From contig OX597819.1 of assembly GCA_951406725.2 (NCBI GenBank), positions 61,318,001-61,382,000 on the forward strand: a DNA stretch of 64,000 nucleotides, read 5' to 3'. Shown here piece by piece: positions 41,591-55,066 of the stretch (its first letter is position 1; the number at the start of each line of letters is the position of its first letter). The DNA comes from Octopus vulgaris. Taxonomy: Eukaryota. The position numbers and the translations under genes are program-made. Below the pieces are notes generated by a model that did not search any database, was not told the origin of the DNA, and saw only the letters and a list, made by a program, of their open reading frames with translations.

Positions 41591-42164
41591 CATACATACG
41601 TACATGTGATACTCAAAGTTGTATTTTCTTTATAATTTTTTAAAGTATATATAATTTATGAGCTGCTGAAAGTTAGCCACCCGAAAAATGATTACAGCTC
41701 TATTAAGTTCGATGTTGTAAACGAGTTGAGGTGAGTTGGTATTTGTTATTGAATTCAGGGGAAATACGACACCCCCTTTGGGATTCAGTGCTCAACTGCT
41801 GATAACCTTCATCTCTTGTGAGAGACTGACACCGGCTCTGTCGATGGGTGGTGACGACGGGTGGGTGAAATGTGCAGATATGTAGGAAGTGGTATAGAAA
41901 GAGAGGAGGAGAAATGGGTAACCGAGAAAGAGAGGGAGATAGGAGAGAGAGAGAGAGGTGGCGAGAAGGAGAGAGATACAGGAATTGGAAGTGAGAAATT
42001 AAAAACAAACAATGTAACTAATATATGTATAATATATACAATCATGCGTACAAACTCAATTTAGAAACGACATATGTACGTACGTATGTATATATGTATG
42101 TATGTATCTATATATATCTGTATACGTCCATACATATATAGATATGTGTATGTGTGTGTGTGCG

Positions 42165-42165
42165 C

Positions 42166-42248
<83 letters not shown>

Positions 42249-42250
42249 TG
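42165..42250. repeat. (GCGT)n microsatellite
   Basis: Directly visible. Confidence 0.95.
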
Positions 42251-42945
42251 TGTGTGTGTGTACATTATATGTCCCTGTTCACACACGCGCATACGCTGGG
42301 GACTCAAAAGTTTAATATACTGAGTCAAAGCACTTCGATTAACAGAGATTATTAGTTCAGTTATTAAGCAAATCTCCCTCCACCGGGCTTTAACTTTGAA
42401 AAAAGATTTTAAAAATCAGTATACATGGCACACATACATATATATGCATATATTTATACATATGCGCACACACACACACACACACATTTGAAGGTTTTAG
42501 GTTACATCACCCGATCTTAAGGTTTTAAGTTACGCCGGTGAACACTTATAATGCTGGATCACTGAGGTGAAATATTATTATCATTACTGTTATTAATATT
42601 GTTATTATTATCATTATTATTATTATTATTATTGCTGTTGTTGTTGTTGTTTACGTCGTCGCCGTTGTTTCTTAATATATTTGTTAAATTTTTCGGTCCA
42701 GATCTATTACTGATAGTTTCACCGACCAGTTTTTTTTTCTCCAGTGACGCTCATCAGGCTGTAATCCTGTGGATTATATTTAAAATAAAATAAAAAAAAA
42801 ATCGACCGTCACATTCAGAAGTTTACCTCCATCTCCACCTGGGTATGTCTGCACTATGAACTGTTTCTACCTGTGCTTGTGCCCAGTTTGTTGTAGAATC
42901 GATGATAACTTTTGGACATGACTAACCACTACGCCATATGCCCAC

Positions 42946-43198
42946 GGGCATATGGCGTAGGGGTTAAGAGCGCAGGCTACTAACCCCAAGATTCCGAGTT
43001 CGATTCCAAGCAGTCACCTGAACAAAAACAACAATAATAATAATAATAATAATAACCTTAGGAAAATACCTTAGGAATGAGAATCCAGGTTCGAAATTTT
43101 CCCAAGACACCAGAAGAAGGCTGGAGGGTATATCTGCCGAAACGTTGTGTTAACAACAAATAAGATGAGGACAAATATCCGTCGAATGTAAATAATGT
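42946..43198 (+). mobile_element. tRNA-headed SINE-like element carrying a hammerhead motif
   Basis: A-box tggcgtagggg (42953), B-box gttcgattcc (42998), (AAT)n spacer, HHR at 43106-43151; inverted 21-bp duplicate of its 5' end at 42923-42943. Confidence 0.75.
43106..43151 (+). ncRNA. Minimal type I hammerhead motif (one core substitution)
   Basis: gacac CAGAAGA a ggcug gaggguauau cugcc GAAAC GUU guguu: stem I gacac/guguu, stem II 4 of 5 pairs, ACGU stem III. Confidence 0.65.
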
Positions 43199-43404
43199 CA
43201 ATAATGACTATTGTTTGTTTTGCGCAGACCAATGTGATGGGCGTCCAGTTTTCTCACACACCATAGAAAAGCTGAACGGAAAATTAAACATAGGCATTAC
43301 GAAGCAATAATACAGACACACACAGACACAGACGCACACGCACACACGTACGCACGCACGCACACATATACATGTGCGCTCCCGCACATATCTTTTAACC
43401 ATTT

Positions 43405-44101
43405 TTTTCTTTCATTTGTTTCTATCATTAAACTACGGCCATGCTGGGGCATCGCCTTGTAGAACTTCTAGTTAGATGAATCGGTCCCAGTACTTATATT
43501 TTCTTCTAAGTCTGCTATTTATTCTATCGGTCGCTTTTGTTGAACCGCTAAGTTACGGGGACGTAAACACACCAACACCGATTGTCAAGCGGTGGTGGGG
43601 GAAAAGTGCAGGCACAATGACACACACACACACCTACACACACACAAACTCTCTTTCTCTCTCTCTCTCTCTCTCTTACACACACACATATATATATATA
43701 CGACGGGCTTCTTTCAGTTTCCGTCAACCAAATCCAGTCACGAGACTATAGTAGAACTCGGAGCTATGCAGCCACAAAGCAAGCTTTGTGAGAGAGAGAG
43801 GAAGAGCAAAGGAGAGAGAGAGAAAGAGAGAGAAATATACCTATTGACGGGATGCGAACTATACACCTCTTATTCTTCTCTTTTAAATTATATATACAAG
43901 TACAAAAACGGTTATTTCTGGACACTGCTGAGCCGGACCCAGCGCCAATTTATTCCTTTATTGCCCACAGGGGAGCTAAACATAGAGGGGACAAACAAGG
44001 ATAGGCATAGGGCTTAAGTCAATTACATCGACCCCAGTGCGTAATTGGTACTTACTTAATCGACCCCGAAAGGATGAAAAGCAAAGTCGATCTCGGCGGA
44101 A
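43405..44101 (-). mobile_element. SINE family B (43405-43760) and family A (43950-44101) fragments
   Basis: Family motifs. Confidence 0.8.
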
Positions 44102-45310
44102 TCCAGCGCCAATTTACAAGCAAGAACTTCAAATTACAGCAGCTGCCAGAATAGTTTACCGAGTGGACCTGTTTCAAAGTACATATTTCAAATATGAATA
44201 AACTTACATTATTTATACTAATGTATAGGTACCTGTTCGTTTAGTTATTTAAATAAATTTAATATTTGTCTAATTTCGAGTTGACCGCTCTTGGTTAGGA
44301 AAAATCAGTAATTCGGAAAGGCCTTGATACCAACGGTTCCGGGAAATCGATACTGTATCTAATGGCCGTTGCCTGTATTGTCTTCCAACTCAATTTATGC
44401 CTAAATTGTGTCTTGCTGCTCAACATAGGAAATTCCTCTGAAAACTGTTGGCCTTGTTCCAAAATTAGAAAGAATTATCCATCATTATTTTTATTTTCTT
44501 ATTTCAGGACAATTTACTTCCAGGTTGTTTTTGAAAAGAACTCGTAAGGAAATGTAAATATAAAACTAGAACGTAGTCGTGTTTCCGATACATGTCTGAA
44601 AGAAAAGCTGTTTCACATATGCGCGTTGGTGTGTACGTGTATGTGTGTATCTATGTGCGTGTGTGTGCATGTAGGTTTGTGCGTGTGTGCTTGTGAGTGT
44701 ACATTTCTGACAGCGCACGTATGTGTGTGTGTATGTGGAGCATATTTGCGTACGTGTATGTATGCAGAAGTATACTTGCGTGCGTGTGAGCCTATGTATG
44801 CGCGCATGTGCGTGCATGTATGTATGCATATATGTATGTAGATATAAGCATATACAGACACGCATTATAATGAAAAACATGTTTCGTTCGCTCAGACATA
44901 TTATATTCAAAAGTTCAACATTTAATCCCGTTTGTTGTACAATAACAATTTATACTTTATTTTTAAATTTCTCTTACTTCCTTATTAATTTCTTTGATGT
45001 TATTCAAATCTCTTAGGTAGGTTTCCCCTCTCCCACTGTCATTTTATCGATATTTCAAGGTCGTGTAATCCTATCATGGAGGACATCAATAAAAAAAAAT
45101 GACGGATGCTGGTGTGTTCTAAATATTATGCTTTATAACATGCTATTTCTGAATCTTGGCTGTGTGGTGAAGAAGCTTGTTTTGCAACCATGTCGTTTCG
45201 GGTTTAGTCATACTACGCGGCAAATTTGAGCAAGTATCTTCCATCTGTAGTCTCGGACCGACCAATGCCTTGTGAATAATTTGGTAGACGGAAACTATGG
45301 AAATCCTCAC

Positions 45311-45423
<113 letters not shown>

Positions 45424-45424
45424 G

Positions 45425-47507
45425 ACATACAAGAACTAAAGGAGGATATCCAAAAATTCTGTCGTAAGTTACGAATCGTAGAATTCTTCACAAATAGAAG
45501 TAATAAGATTGATGAATCCCTAGTAAAGAATAAATCAAATTTCACCCCACCAAAAAGAAGAAATAGTTATTTTGACCAATACATTGCTATCCTGTCAAAT
45601 TTCCCCTTTAGACGCAAGACTAAAGACTAATGTTAGGCCAAACATTAACAAATCCGAAATGTCTGCACTTAAACGTATAAAAAAAGATCAAACAATAATA
45701 ATTAAATAAGCAGATAAAGGGGATGCAATTGTTATTATGGATGCAGAATACTACAAGGATTTGGTTGAGGACCAACTGAAGGACACAACCTTCTATTGTG
45801 AAATTCCTACAAATATAGACCACTACATCATGAAGAAGATCAACAACCTTGTTTTAAAACACAACTCACCTACTGATAATGAAATAGACTACATCACCAA
45901 TGTCGAGCCTAAATCCAGCAATTTCTACGGCTTACCGAGACTACATAAATCAAAAGATACTTAGCATGCAGTAAAAAAAAAAAAAAGTGAGTCTATAAAA
46001 TTACTGCATCCAAAAGACTTAAAACTCAGACCTATTATAGCTGGCCCTGCATGCCCTACCCACCGTCTATGCAATTTTATTGATATTCTTTTGAAACCAC
46101 TATGTACCTACATAACCGGTTTCATCCGTGATGACATCGACTTACTGTTCTATCTTCCCAAAACAACTGAAACAAATTCACGTCTACCTACTTTTGATGT
46201 GGTAAGCCTTTACACGAATATTCCGCATGATTTAGGAATAAAGGCGGTTAAATACTGGGTAGAAAAACATAGAGAAATGATTCCCAATATTAGACACAGA
46301 CTTATTCTGGAAAACAACACATTTTTCTTCAATGGAATGAATTACATCCAAATTAAAAGCACGACGATGGGAAAGAGGTTTGCTCCCGTTTGCGCAAACT
46401 CTCTAACGGGATATCTAGAAAAATAACTCTACCAAGAAGTATAGGAAAACTATAGCACTGGATTTTGAAATTATATTGAAAAGGCATGGAAGAGATACCT
46501 TGACGATTGCTTCATAATCTGGACAAGATATCTAAATACTCTGGAAGAGTTTAATATTCTCCTGAACAACCTACGCCCATCTCTCCAATTTACAAAGGAG
46601 ATGAGTTGTACCAAATTACCATTCCTAGATATGATGGTAATTAAAGAGGACACCACCATTACCCCCAGATATATACTACAAACATACGGAGATGCATCAA
46701 TACCTGTATTTTAAGTCGTGCCATTCATGACATACAAAACGCAGAAGAATTTGTACTATTGTAGAAGATGCAAATATCAGGAACAATCGCCTAACAGAAT
46801 TAAGTGAATTTTTGCTCAAACAAAAATACCCATCTCTACTTATAGAAAATGGTATACATCGGGCAATAAAAATACCCAAACAACTGAGGACAACCCAAAG
46901 AAGAGGAAAACAAGAACAGGTCATACCATTTATAGTAACACACAACCCATGTCAATAGAATATCTTCAACATTGCCAAAGCAAATCTACCAATCATTGCT
47001 CAAAGTAATGAATTAAAAGATATAATCACAGATCAAGCTATAGTGCTTAGTAAGACAGCCTAAAAACTTGAAAAAATTATTAACAAAAGTAAAGTTTGAC
47101 CTTAGCAACAAAGACCAATCATTCACTGTATCTAAAGGCAATGAAATCTGGTGTGGCACATGCCAATTCATACATAGCGGCCGATATATGAACACAAAAT
47201 CTGGAAAAATATTCACAAACGCAAATATGAACTGCAAAGTTTAATTTACTACATCAAATTCCCAAATTGTGAAGAACTATATGTAGGTCAGACTGGAAAT
47301 GCACTATCAGAACGTTCACATGTGCACCGACAGCAAATTAGAGAGTCAGATGCCTGTCAGATACCTTTGAGTAACCATCTAGCAATATGCAGTCGGAAAA
47401 TATTAATATTTTCCATTCTACAAACTATACAGTCCAAGTGAAATTGAGAGAAAAATCAGAGAAAAGAACTTTATTAATGAATTCCAACTCAAGCTAAATA
47501 AACGATA
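45425..47507 (+). pseudogene. Penelope-like retroelement (RT + GIY-YIG endonuclease), disrupted; Cys-rich linker suggests a Neptune-like clade
   Basis: ADKGDAIVIMD, FYGLPRLHK, LRPIIAG, FDVVSLYTNIP, STTMGKRFAP, WKRYLDDCF (46496), LPFLD, WCGTC linker, IYYIKFPNCEELYVGQTG (47245); multiple stops and frameshifts. Confidence 0.93.
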
Positions 47508-48374
47508 ATACTAATACTTAGAGGTACCATTTCTACTGCTAGAGGTACTATTTCTATAATCTTATTTTGCCACAGCTACTCCTACCACCACCATTTATTC
47601 TTGCTGCCGGGAGCTGGCGCACTGATCGTTGTAAAGTTGATCGGTCGTAGGTCGACGACGACCTCTAAATCCAAAGGAGAACTTGATTTCAGCAAACAAA
47701 CTAACGAAGCTAGTGTTCTGTCTCGTTACATAGAACGGATTTTAATGGCGATTGGGTTCCAGGCAATTAGCTGAAGGTCACTGGCTTATATCCGCTCACC
47801 AGTATTGCATCGTATTCGCGTTCAAGACACTTAACCTCCTAATAATCTAGTCCATCTAGTTCTGAGTGGCTTCTGCGACAAAATAGTCGCTGTATGCACG
47901 CATAGTACTTTGTAACTGACGAGTAACTTATTGCCTAACAGTATCGTGTTTAGATTTCCGCTCCGGAAAAAGCTATTTACGGTAGCGACCCGCCCTAGAT
48001 TAGCATTCAATCCAGAAAGAGACTTACTTCTCCACCGATTAACGCAACTGCAGTCTGAGATGAGTAATAAATGGATTTTATGCATTTTAGTTATTTCGAG
48101 AGGGATTAACTTAGTTTTTGTTCCTTAGAATGGTAAACGGTATATATACCATGTTACTTAATTCAGTTAGCTTAACTGAGTTAACGTCTATTAAAAGCCC
48201 TGTTCGTAGACGCAGCGAAGCACCAACGGTAGATAAGAACTGCTCAATGCTTGGCCCGTAGTCTAACATTCTATAACCGACACCCTACTGTTTTCGGTCG
48301 AGAAGATATAGGGCTAGGTCTCTTGCTGAAATGATAATTCTGTTATTGTGAGTGTGTATGCGTGAACATGCATA

Positions 48375-49678
48375 CAAGGTGGTATCAAAAAGTTCCCAGA
48401 CTAGTAATGTTTAATAAAAAATAATCTATTTACCTAAGTTTTAACATCAGCGCCTTCGAAATAGTCCCCTTGCGCAGCAACAGACTGGTCCTAGCGTTCC
48501 TACCATTTTGGAAATCCGGCCTGGAAGTCGTTCTCCGTAAACGAGTCGAGAACCTTTTGCGATTCGCCCCGGATCTCGACAACGGTATTAAAGACGGTGT
48601 TAAAAGCTGCATTTTCATTTGGGGGAAGAGATAGAAGAGATGGAAGTACGCAGGCGCTAAATTTAGTGAATAGGGCGGGTGCGGAAGCGATACCACGAGT
48701 GAACAGAGCTCACTCGTGATGAGAAACTCACGAGTGAGGGGAGATCGGTGACAGGGTGCATTACCTTCGTGAATAATCTAATTCTTCGCGCCCCTCAGAT
48801 CTGGTCGCTTTCGTGCCGAATGTCTTCCCTTAATGCTTCAGAACGTCGCAGTAGAACTCTTGACAGTCTGACCCTGGATAATGGGGGGGGGTGTAGATGC
48901 AAAATACAACGGATGTCGAAAAAAGACGAACAGAAACAAACGATGAGCATACTCTTGATTGAGCTACGGCTCTGTCGTGCCTTTTTCGGTCGTGGAGATA
49001 AAGGGCTCTTCCATTTCGACAACTGCTGCTTCGTCTCAAGGTCGAACCCATAGATCCAACTCTCGTCACCGGTGATGATCCTCGACATGAAGGATGGGTC
49101 ATTAGCGGCACGCTGACGGAGATCTTGACAGACTTCTGAGCAATGTTCTTCCTACTCAGTAGTCAGCAGGTGGGGAACAACTTGGCAAGGAGACGCCGCA
49201 TGTTCAATCCAGACGTTAGAATTGCCTGCACGGACCAATACAACAGATCAACAACATCAGCAATGTCGTAGCTTGTTCTTCAACGATTCTCATGTACAAG
49301 CTGATGAATTTCCTTCACATTTCCAGGGATGACGCTCGTGGTAGGTCTTCCAGATTGCTCATCGTCTCCCAGGGACGTTCTTCTACTTTTGAAGCTCCTG
49401 TGCTACTCGAAACATTGTTTCGTCGCTGTAAGCTTGCCGAAGCATGCTTAATATATCTGTAGCAGACTTCCCAAGTTTAACGCAAAATTTCTCATTGACT
49501 CTTTGTTTCTCTCCATGACAACATCGCAAACCACAGCATACACACGATCATGAAAACACAAATTTCAGAACTTGGGAAGTAAACACAGCGATGTCACTCA
49601 GCACATTGCGTCATGAAAGTCACTGCTAGATCTCAATGCGCCAGCAACCGTGTGCTACCATCTGTTGATACTACCTCA
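48375..49678 (-). mobile_element. Full-length-size (~1.3 kb) decayed mariner element
   Basis: IITGDESWIYGFDLETKQQLSKWKSPLSPRPKKARQSRSSIKSML and LPHPPYSLNLAPAYFHLF; TA-flanked imperfect TIRs caaggtggtatcaa / ttgatactacctca. Confidence 0.9.
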
Positions 49679-49796
49679 TACATACATACATACATACACA
49701 CACACATGTATGTATTGGAATAAAACAACTTTTATTTTTTAATATAGCAATTAAATGTTTCTGTTACATATGTGTGTGTGTGTATATATATGTATG

Positions 49797-50047
<251 letters not shown>

Positions 50048-50057
50048 TATATATATA

Positions 50058-50274
50058 TTGTCCTGTACCGAAGAAGAGAAATAACCCAGAAACCATTGGT
50101 CTACAGATATCGCTAAGGCTAGAAAGGGAGCAATAAACTCCCTTGGTCATGGTATACAGACACAGACCATGTGTCGGTAGCCAGCTGGAAAAGATGTTTT
50201 CTTGGGGCTTAAAAAGTAGTAACGTCGTCCTGTGTAGGACAGCCACATTGTGTTGGCAAATAGATTTTACTGCT

Positions 50275-50277
<3 letters not shown>
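50058..50277 (+). mobile_element. Retrozyme-like HHR element, family 2, (TA)n-flanked
   Basis: HHR at 50063-50106, several hairpins, and conserved blocks shared with 55264-55537. Confidence 0.7.
50063..50106 (+). ncRNA. Type I hammerhead motif
   Basis: cugua CCGAAGA a gag aaauaa ccc a GAAAC cauug GUC uacag: stem I cugua/uacag is perfect, stem III acc/ggu, GUC site at 50099-50101, stem II weakened. Confidence 0.7.
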
Positions 50278-50330
<53 letters not shown>

Positions 50331-50740
50331 ATAAAAATACAAAATTGTTTTCACATAACAAATGTTCTGAATAACAGTTATATGTATTAGAGTAAGTTTT
50401 TAAAGGGTGTGTTTTACAAACACATACAGAAAGAGAGAATCACATACCAATGAATTTTGTATACGGTTGTATCTATACATGAAAACACGAACACGAACAC
50501 ATGCACCTGCGTGTGTGCGTACGTATAGACATGTATGGCAAACAGCATGAAGAGGTTACGTTCTGTAAATGGCAACTGTGACATTGTTTTAGACTTCCTG
50601 GCCATAGCACTTTCATTTCCTTGCCGCTGTTAATATTACTGGGCAAAGCACAAACGTCATGGTTCACATTGCTCCTGTTTTGAGGACGTTAAGACTGCCT
50701 ACTCCTTCTCAGTTACGAACCAACGAAAGATCGTCTACAT

Positions 50741-50918
50741 TAGTGGTTCCCAACCTGTTGTCCGCTGACCCCTAGTGGTCCACAAAAGTAGTGATAGGGT
50801 TCCGTGAACTAAATTTAAAATTTCATATATATATAAGGATAAGCATATTAAAATGGGTCCGTGGGAAAACTCATTTAAATAAAGGAGTCTGCGGTAGTGA
50901 AAAGGTTGGGAATCATTG
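50741..50918. mobile_element. hAT (Charlie-like) MITE
   Basis: TIRs tagtggttcccaacct / aggttgggaatcattg; 8-bp TSD gtctacat / gtctactt. Confidence 0.85.
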
Positions 50919-50994
50919 GTCTACTTAGTGCCTCGGCTAGTTAGAAACAGCAGCCAACTCTCCCTCAAATATACCTTCCTTTGCTGTTTTTCCT

Positions 50995-51380
50995 TCATTT
51001 CTTTACTTATTTCAGTCATTTGACTGTGGCCATGTTGGAGCACCACCTTGAAGGGTTTTAGTGAAACAAATCGACACAAGGACTTATTTTTTATAAAGCC
51101 TAGTGCTTATTCTATTGGTTTCTTTTGCTAAGTTACGGGGATGTAAACACACCAACGCCGGTAGTCAAGCGGTGATGAGGAGAGCCAAACATAGACACAG
51201 ACACACACACACACACACGTATGTATATATATATATATATACGCCGGGCTTCTTTCAGTTTCCGTTTCTAAAATCTACTCACAAGGCTTTGGTCGGCCCG
51301 AGATTATAGTGGAAAACTCTTGCTCAAGGTGCCACGCACTGGGATTGAAGCTGGAACCATAGGGTTGAGAAGTAAGCTTC
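50995..51380 (-). mobile_element. SINE family B
   Basis: Family motifs. Confidence 0.8.
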
Positions 51381-51589
51381 TTTTTTCGTTTTTTAACCAG
51401 GATATTATATAATGAATAATGTAGTCTAAAAACCATACAAAACAGGTTGGTCGTAGCTGGAACACCTCTGAACATAGGCATAGTGAATTAAGGTTAACCT
51501 TGAGCTAGCTAAACACAAACAATCACTAACTTTGTTTAGGAATACAAAGGAAGCAGACACTTTCTCAGAATTGCCTTGTTAAATATGTA

Positions 51590-51896
51590 TACCTCCTCGA
51601 CTTACGACCTATGGCGACTTACGACCACAAAAAATAAGAAAATAAAAAAAATAAAAAATCGATTTTCGGACGTTGGACAGCTGTGCGTACGATAACTATA
51701 GCAGCATCTGGCAATGCAGGCCTCCCGCAGACCCCCAGGCATCCACTGCTTGCCACTGTTTCTCACTCAGTCGCTTTCAAGCATCAGTTGCGTTTGAATG
51801 AAAATAGTGTTGAAAAATATAAACCCGACAAACGACAAGATCGACTTACGACCTGTCAGTCGGTTCGGAACTCGGTCGGAAGTCGAAGAGTAGGTA
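51590..51896. mobile_element. pogo/Tigger-like MITE
   Basis: Imperfect TIRs tacctcctcgacttacgacc / ggtcggaagtcgaagagtaggta; internal cgacttacgacc repeats; TA flanks. Confidence 0.7.
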
Positions 51897-52792
51897 TATT
51901 CTTAAAGTCGCACTGAAATGCAAACACATGTTCACAAAGATCGATTTTAATCTTTTGTTATATCGATTCGGCAATGCAGGTTCGATTCCCAGATGCATCA
52001 TTATACTTTTCACTAAGTCTTTGTATGTATACCTACCTTTTTTTGACTGCTATCTCTTATGAGCCTTACATTTTAGCCCTAAAAGGGAAATTAACAAAAG
52101 ATTTGAATAAGTACTGTGGGAGCGTTCGGATGTTAAATATGCGCGAGTTTTATAGCTTTATTAAGGAACATTTCTCAAAGCCCAAGCAGACAGAATGGAA
52201 AAGGCGTTGTCCCGGAGGCCTCGTATCTATAATCCGTAGAGCAGGACAGGTTCCATCTGGGCTGTGAGGCTTTTGAGAAAGTCCGTAGGGCAGAACTGAA
52301 GGTAACTCGAGTGGGTAACTGTTAAAAATCAGTGCCGCTTATATTCATACCATACACATGTACATACGCACGAACACACACACACGCAGGCACACACTCA
52401 CGCGCACACACACACACTCCAGCACGCACGCACACATACACACAGGCACGCACACACGCATACACACGCACACATACACATACAGTAGTCTATAAGAGTG
52501 TGCCTGTCCTTTACCCCTTTCCCTCATCGCCAAGCAAGAGCCGTGCTTTAAATGTATCTCGTTTATATATATATTTACAAATCAGTCCAACCTATCAAAC
52601 AAGTAAAGTTTTAATGACACACAAACTGATATCGTGTAGTGTCTTTCAGAATTACAGGACGAAAGGATGCTGTCCTGGTTTGGCTTGTCTAAAGCTCTAA
52701 GCTGTACTGCATACAATCATACACTCACCCATAAATACATACGTATATACATATATGAGTGTATATGTATATCTAACTATATCTGTATAAAT

Positions 52793-53583
52793 AATCCTTT
52801 CTACTATAGGCACAAGGTCTGAAATTTTTTGGTGGGGGAGACCAGTCGATTAGATCGATCCCAGTGTTTCACTGGTACATAATTTATCAAATACCTATTT
52901 CTTTACTACCCACAAGTGGCTAAACACAGAGGGGACAAACGAGGACAGACAAACGGATTAAGTCGATTATATCGATCCCAGTGCGTAACTGGTACTTAAT
53001 TTATCGACTCCGAGAGGATGAAAGGCAAAGTCGACCTAGGCGGAATTTGAACTCAGAACGCATTTCGTCCGACGTGCTAACGTTTCTGCCAGCTCGCCGC
53101 CTTTAAGAAAAATATTTATTTCTTTATTGCCCACAAGGGGCTAAACACAGAGTGGACAAACAAGGAGAGACAAACGGATTAAGTCGATTATATCGACCCA
53201 GTGCGTAACTGGTACTTAGTTAATCGACCCCGAAAGGATGAAAGGCAAAGTCGACCTCTGCGGAATTTGAACTCAGAACATGGCGGCTGACGAAATACCA
53301 CTAAGCATTTCGCCCGGTGTGCTAACGTTTCTTCCAATTCGCCGCCTTTAAGAAAAATATTTATTTCTTTATTGCCCGCGAGGGGCTAAACATAGAGGGA
53401 ACAAACAAGGACAGACAAAGGGATTAAGTCGATTACATCGACCCCTGTACGTAACTGGTACTTAGTTAATCGACCCCGAAAGGATGAAAGGCAAGTCGAC
53501 CTCGGCGGAATTTGAACTCAGAACGTAGCTCTCAGATGAAATACTGCTCAGCATTTCGCTCGGCGTGCTAACATTCTGCCCGC
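52793..53583 (-). mobile_element. Array of ~3 SINE family A copies
   Basis: Repeats joined by cgccgcctttaagaaaaatatttatttc. Confidence 0.9.
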
Positions 53584-54039
53584 TGGATTTGAACATAAAC
53601 GCTCAAAGTTTATAAAGTTCTAAATACCCTTCGGAGATGGAAAAATAAAAATTAACCCGTTGATAGGAAGTGAACTAGTCCCATCTGCTGTTTACCAGAT
53701 AAACTTTTTACTCTTCTATTTTACACCGTAGCTTCTGTCCGATATGAAGCGATAGATCAGGGTTCGCTTACTCGACTGTGCAGCGTTCGTTTATGTTACA
53801 TTTCACTACTTTAAAAAGAAATTTATTTTCATTTCAAGTTATTGTTTACACACACTCACACACCTAGTCATACATACACATATGCACATATACATACACA
53901 TATACATAGACACTCGAATGCATATGGACACATGCACGAGGACATTCATACGCATACAAATATGCATATATACACATGCATATATACACATTCTCAACAA
54001 CAACATATATAACTTTTACTATTATTTTTAGCATCACTA

Positions 54040-54560
54040 AAGCGGAAAACTGACAGAATCGTTAGCAACGCTGGACGAAATACTTAGCGATGTTTCGTCC
54101 GTCGCTACGTTCTGAGTTCGAGTTCCGCCGAGGTCGACTTTGCCTTTCATACTTTCGGGGTCGATAGATTAAATACCAGTTGCGTACTGGGGTCGATCTA
54201 ATCGACTGGTCCCCTCCCCAAAAGTTCCGGGACTTGTGCCTAGAGTAGAAAAGGATAAATTATGTACCAGTGAAACACTGGGGACGATGTAATCGACTAA
54301 ATTCCCTCCCCACAAATTTCAGGCCTTGTGCCCAAAGCAGAAAGGATTATTTTTAGCATCACTAAAGAGGCGAACTAGCAGAACCGTTAGCACGTCGAAC
54401 AAAATGCTTAGTAGAATTTCGTCCACTTTACGTTTTGAGTTCAAATTCCACTTGGGTCGACTTGGCTTTTCATCCTTTCAGGGTCATTAAAATAAGTACT
54501 GGGGTCGATATAATCGACCAGCCCCTTCCTCAGATTTCAGGCCTTCTGCCTATAGTAGGT
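54040..54560 (+). mobile_element. SINE family A copies
   Basis: Head, core and tail. Confidence 0.85.
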
Positions 54561-55020
54561 CTCTTTTACATGTTTCTGTCATTTGACTGTGGACATGCTG
54601 GAGCACCGCCTTTATTCGAGCAAAGCGATCCCAGGACTTATTCTTTGTAAGCCTAGTACTTATTCTATCGGTCTCTTTTGCGAACCGCTAAGTTACGGGG
54701 ACGTAAACACACCAGCATCGGTTGTCAAGCGATGTTGGGGAGACAAACACGAACACACATACATACATATATGCATACATATATGTATATATATATATAT
54801 ATATAGCAATAATAATTCTCTAAAAGGGATATAGACAGTAACTGCTCGATAACATAAGGGACTAAAGCCATCTGAATATGGCTAGGGACAGGGCAGGGTG
54901 GTGGGGGTGTTACTGTTGCATTTAGCCCCAGGCGAACATCGACGTCACCAGAAAGGCTCGACACCGTCACGGTGCCCTAAACCTGCAAAGGGAGGTAATT
55001 CCCCGATGAAGCGGAAACCA

Positions 55021-55066
55021 CACACGGACCATGGTTTCAAGGTGTATTGCCTATCATCGGCGTGTG
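55021..55066 (-). ncRNA. Type I hammerhead ribozyme motif (copy 1)
   Basis: Reverse complement of 55322-55367. Confidence 0.82.

Noticed and set aside
52140-52320. Possible exon with aag|gtaact donor
   Set aside because: Stops in the candidate frames; looks more like a decayed RTE fragment (HLGCEAFEKVRR), but too weak to list as a feature
52793-53583. CRISPR-like array
   Set aside because: Units are whole SINE copies with no unique spacers and no cas genes; eukaryotic context
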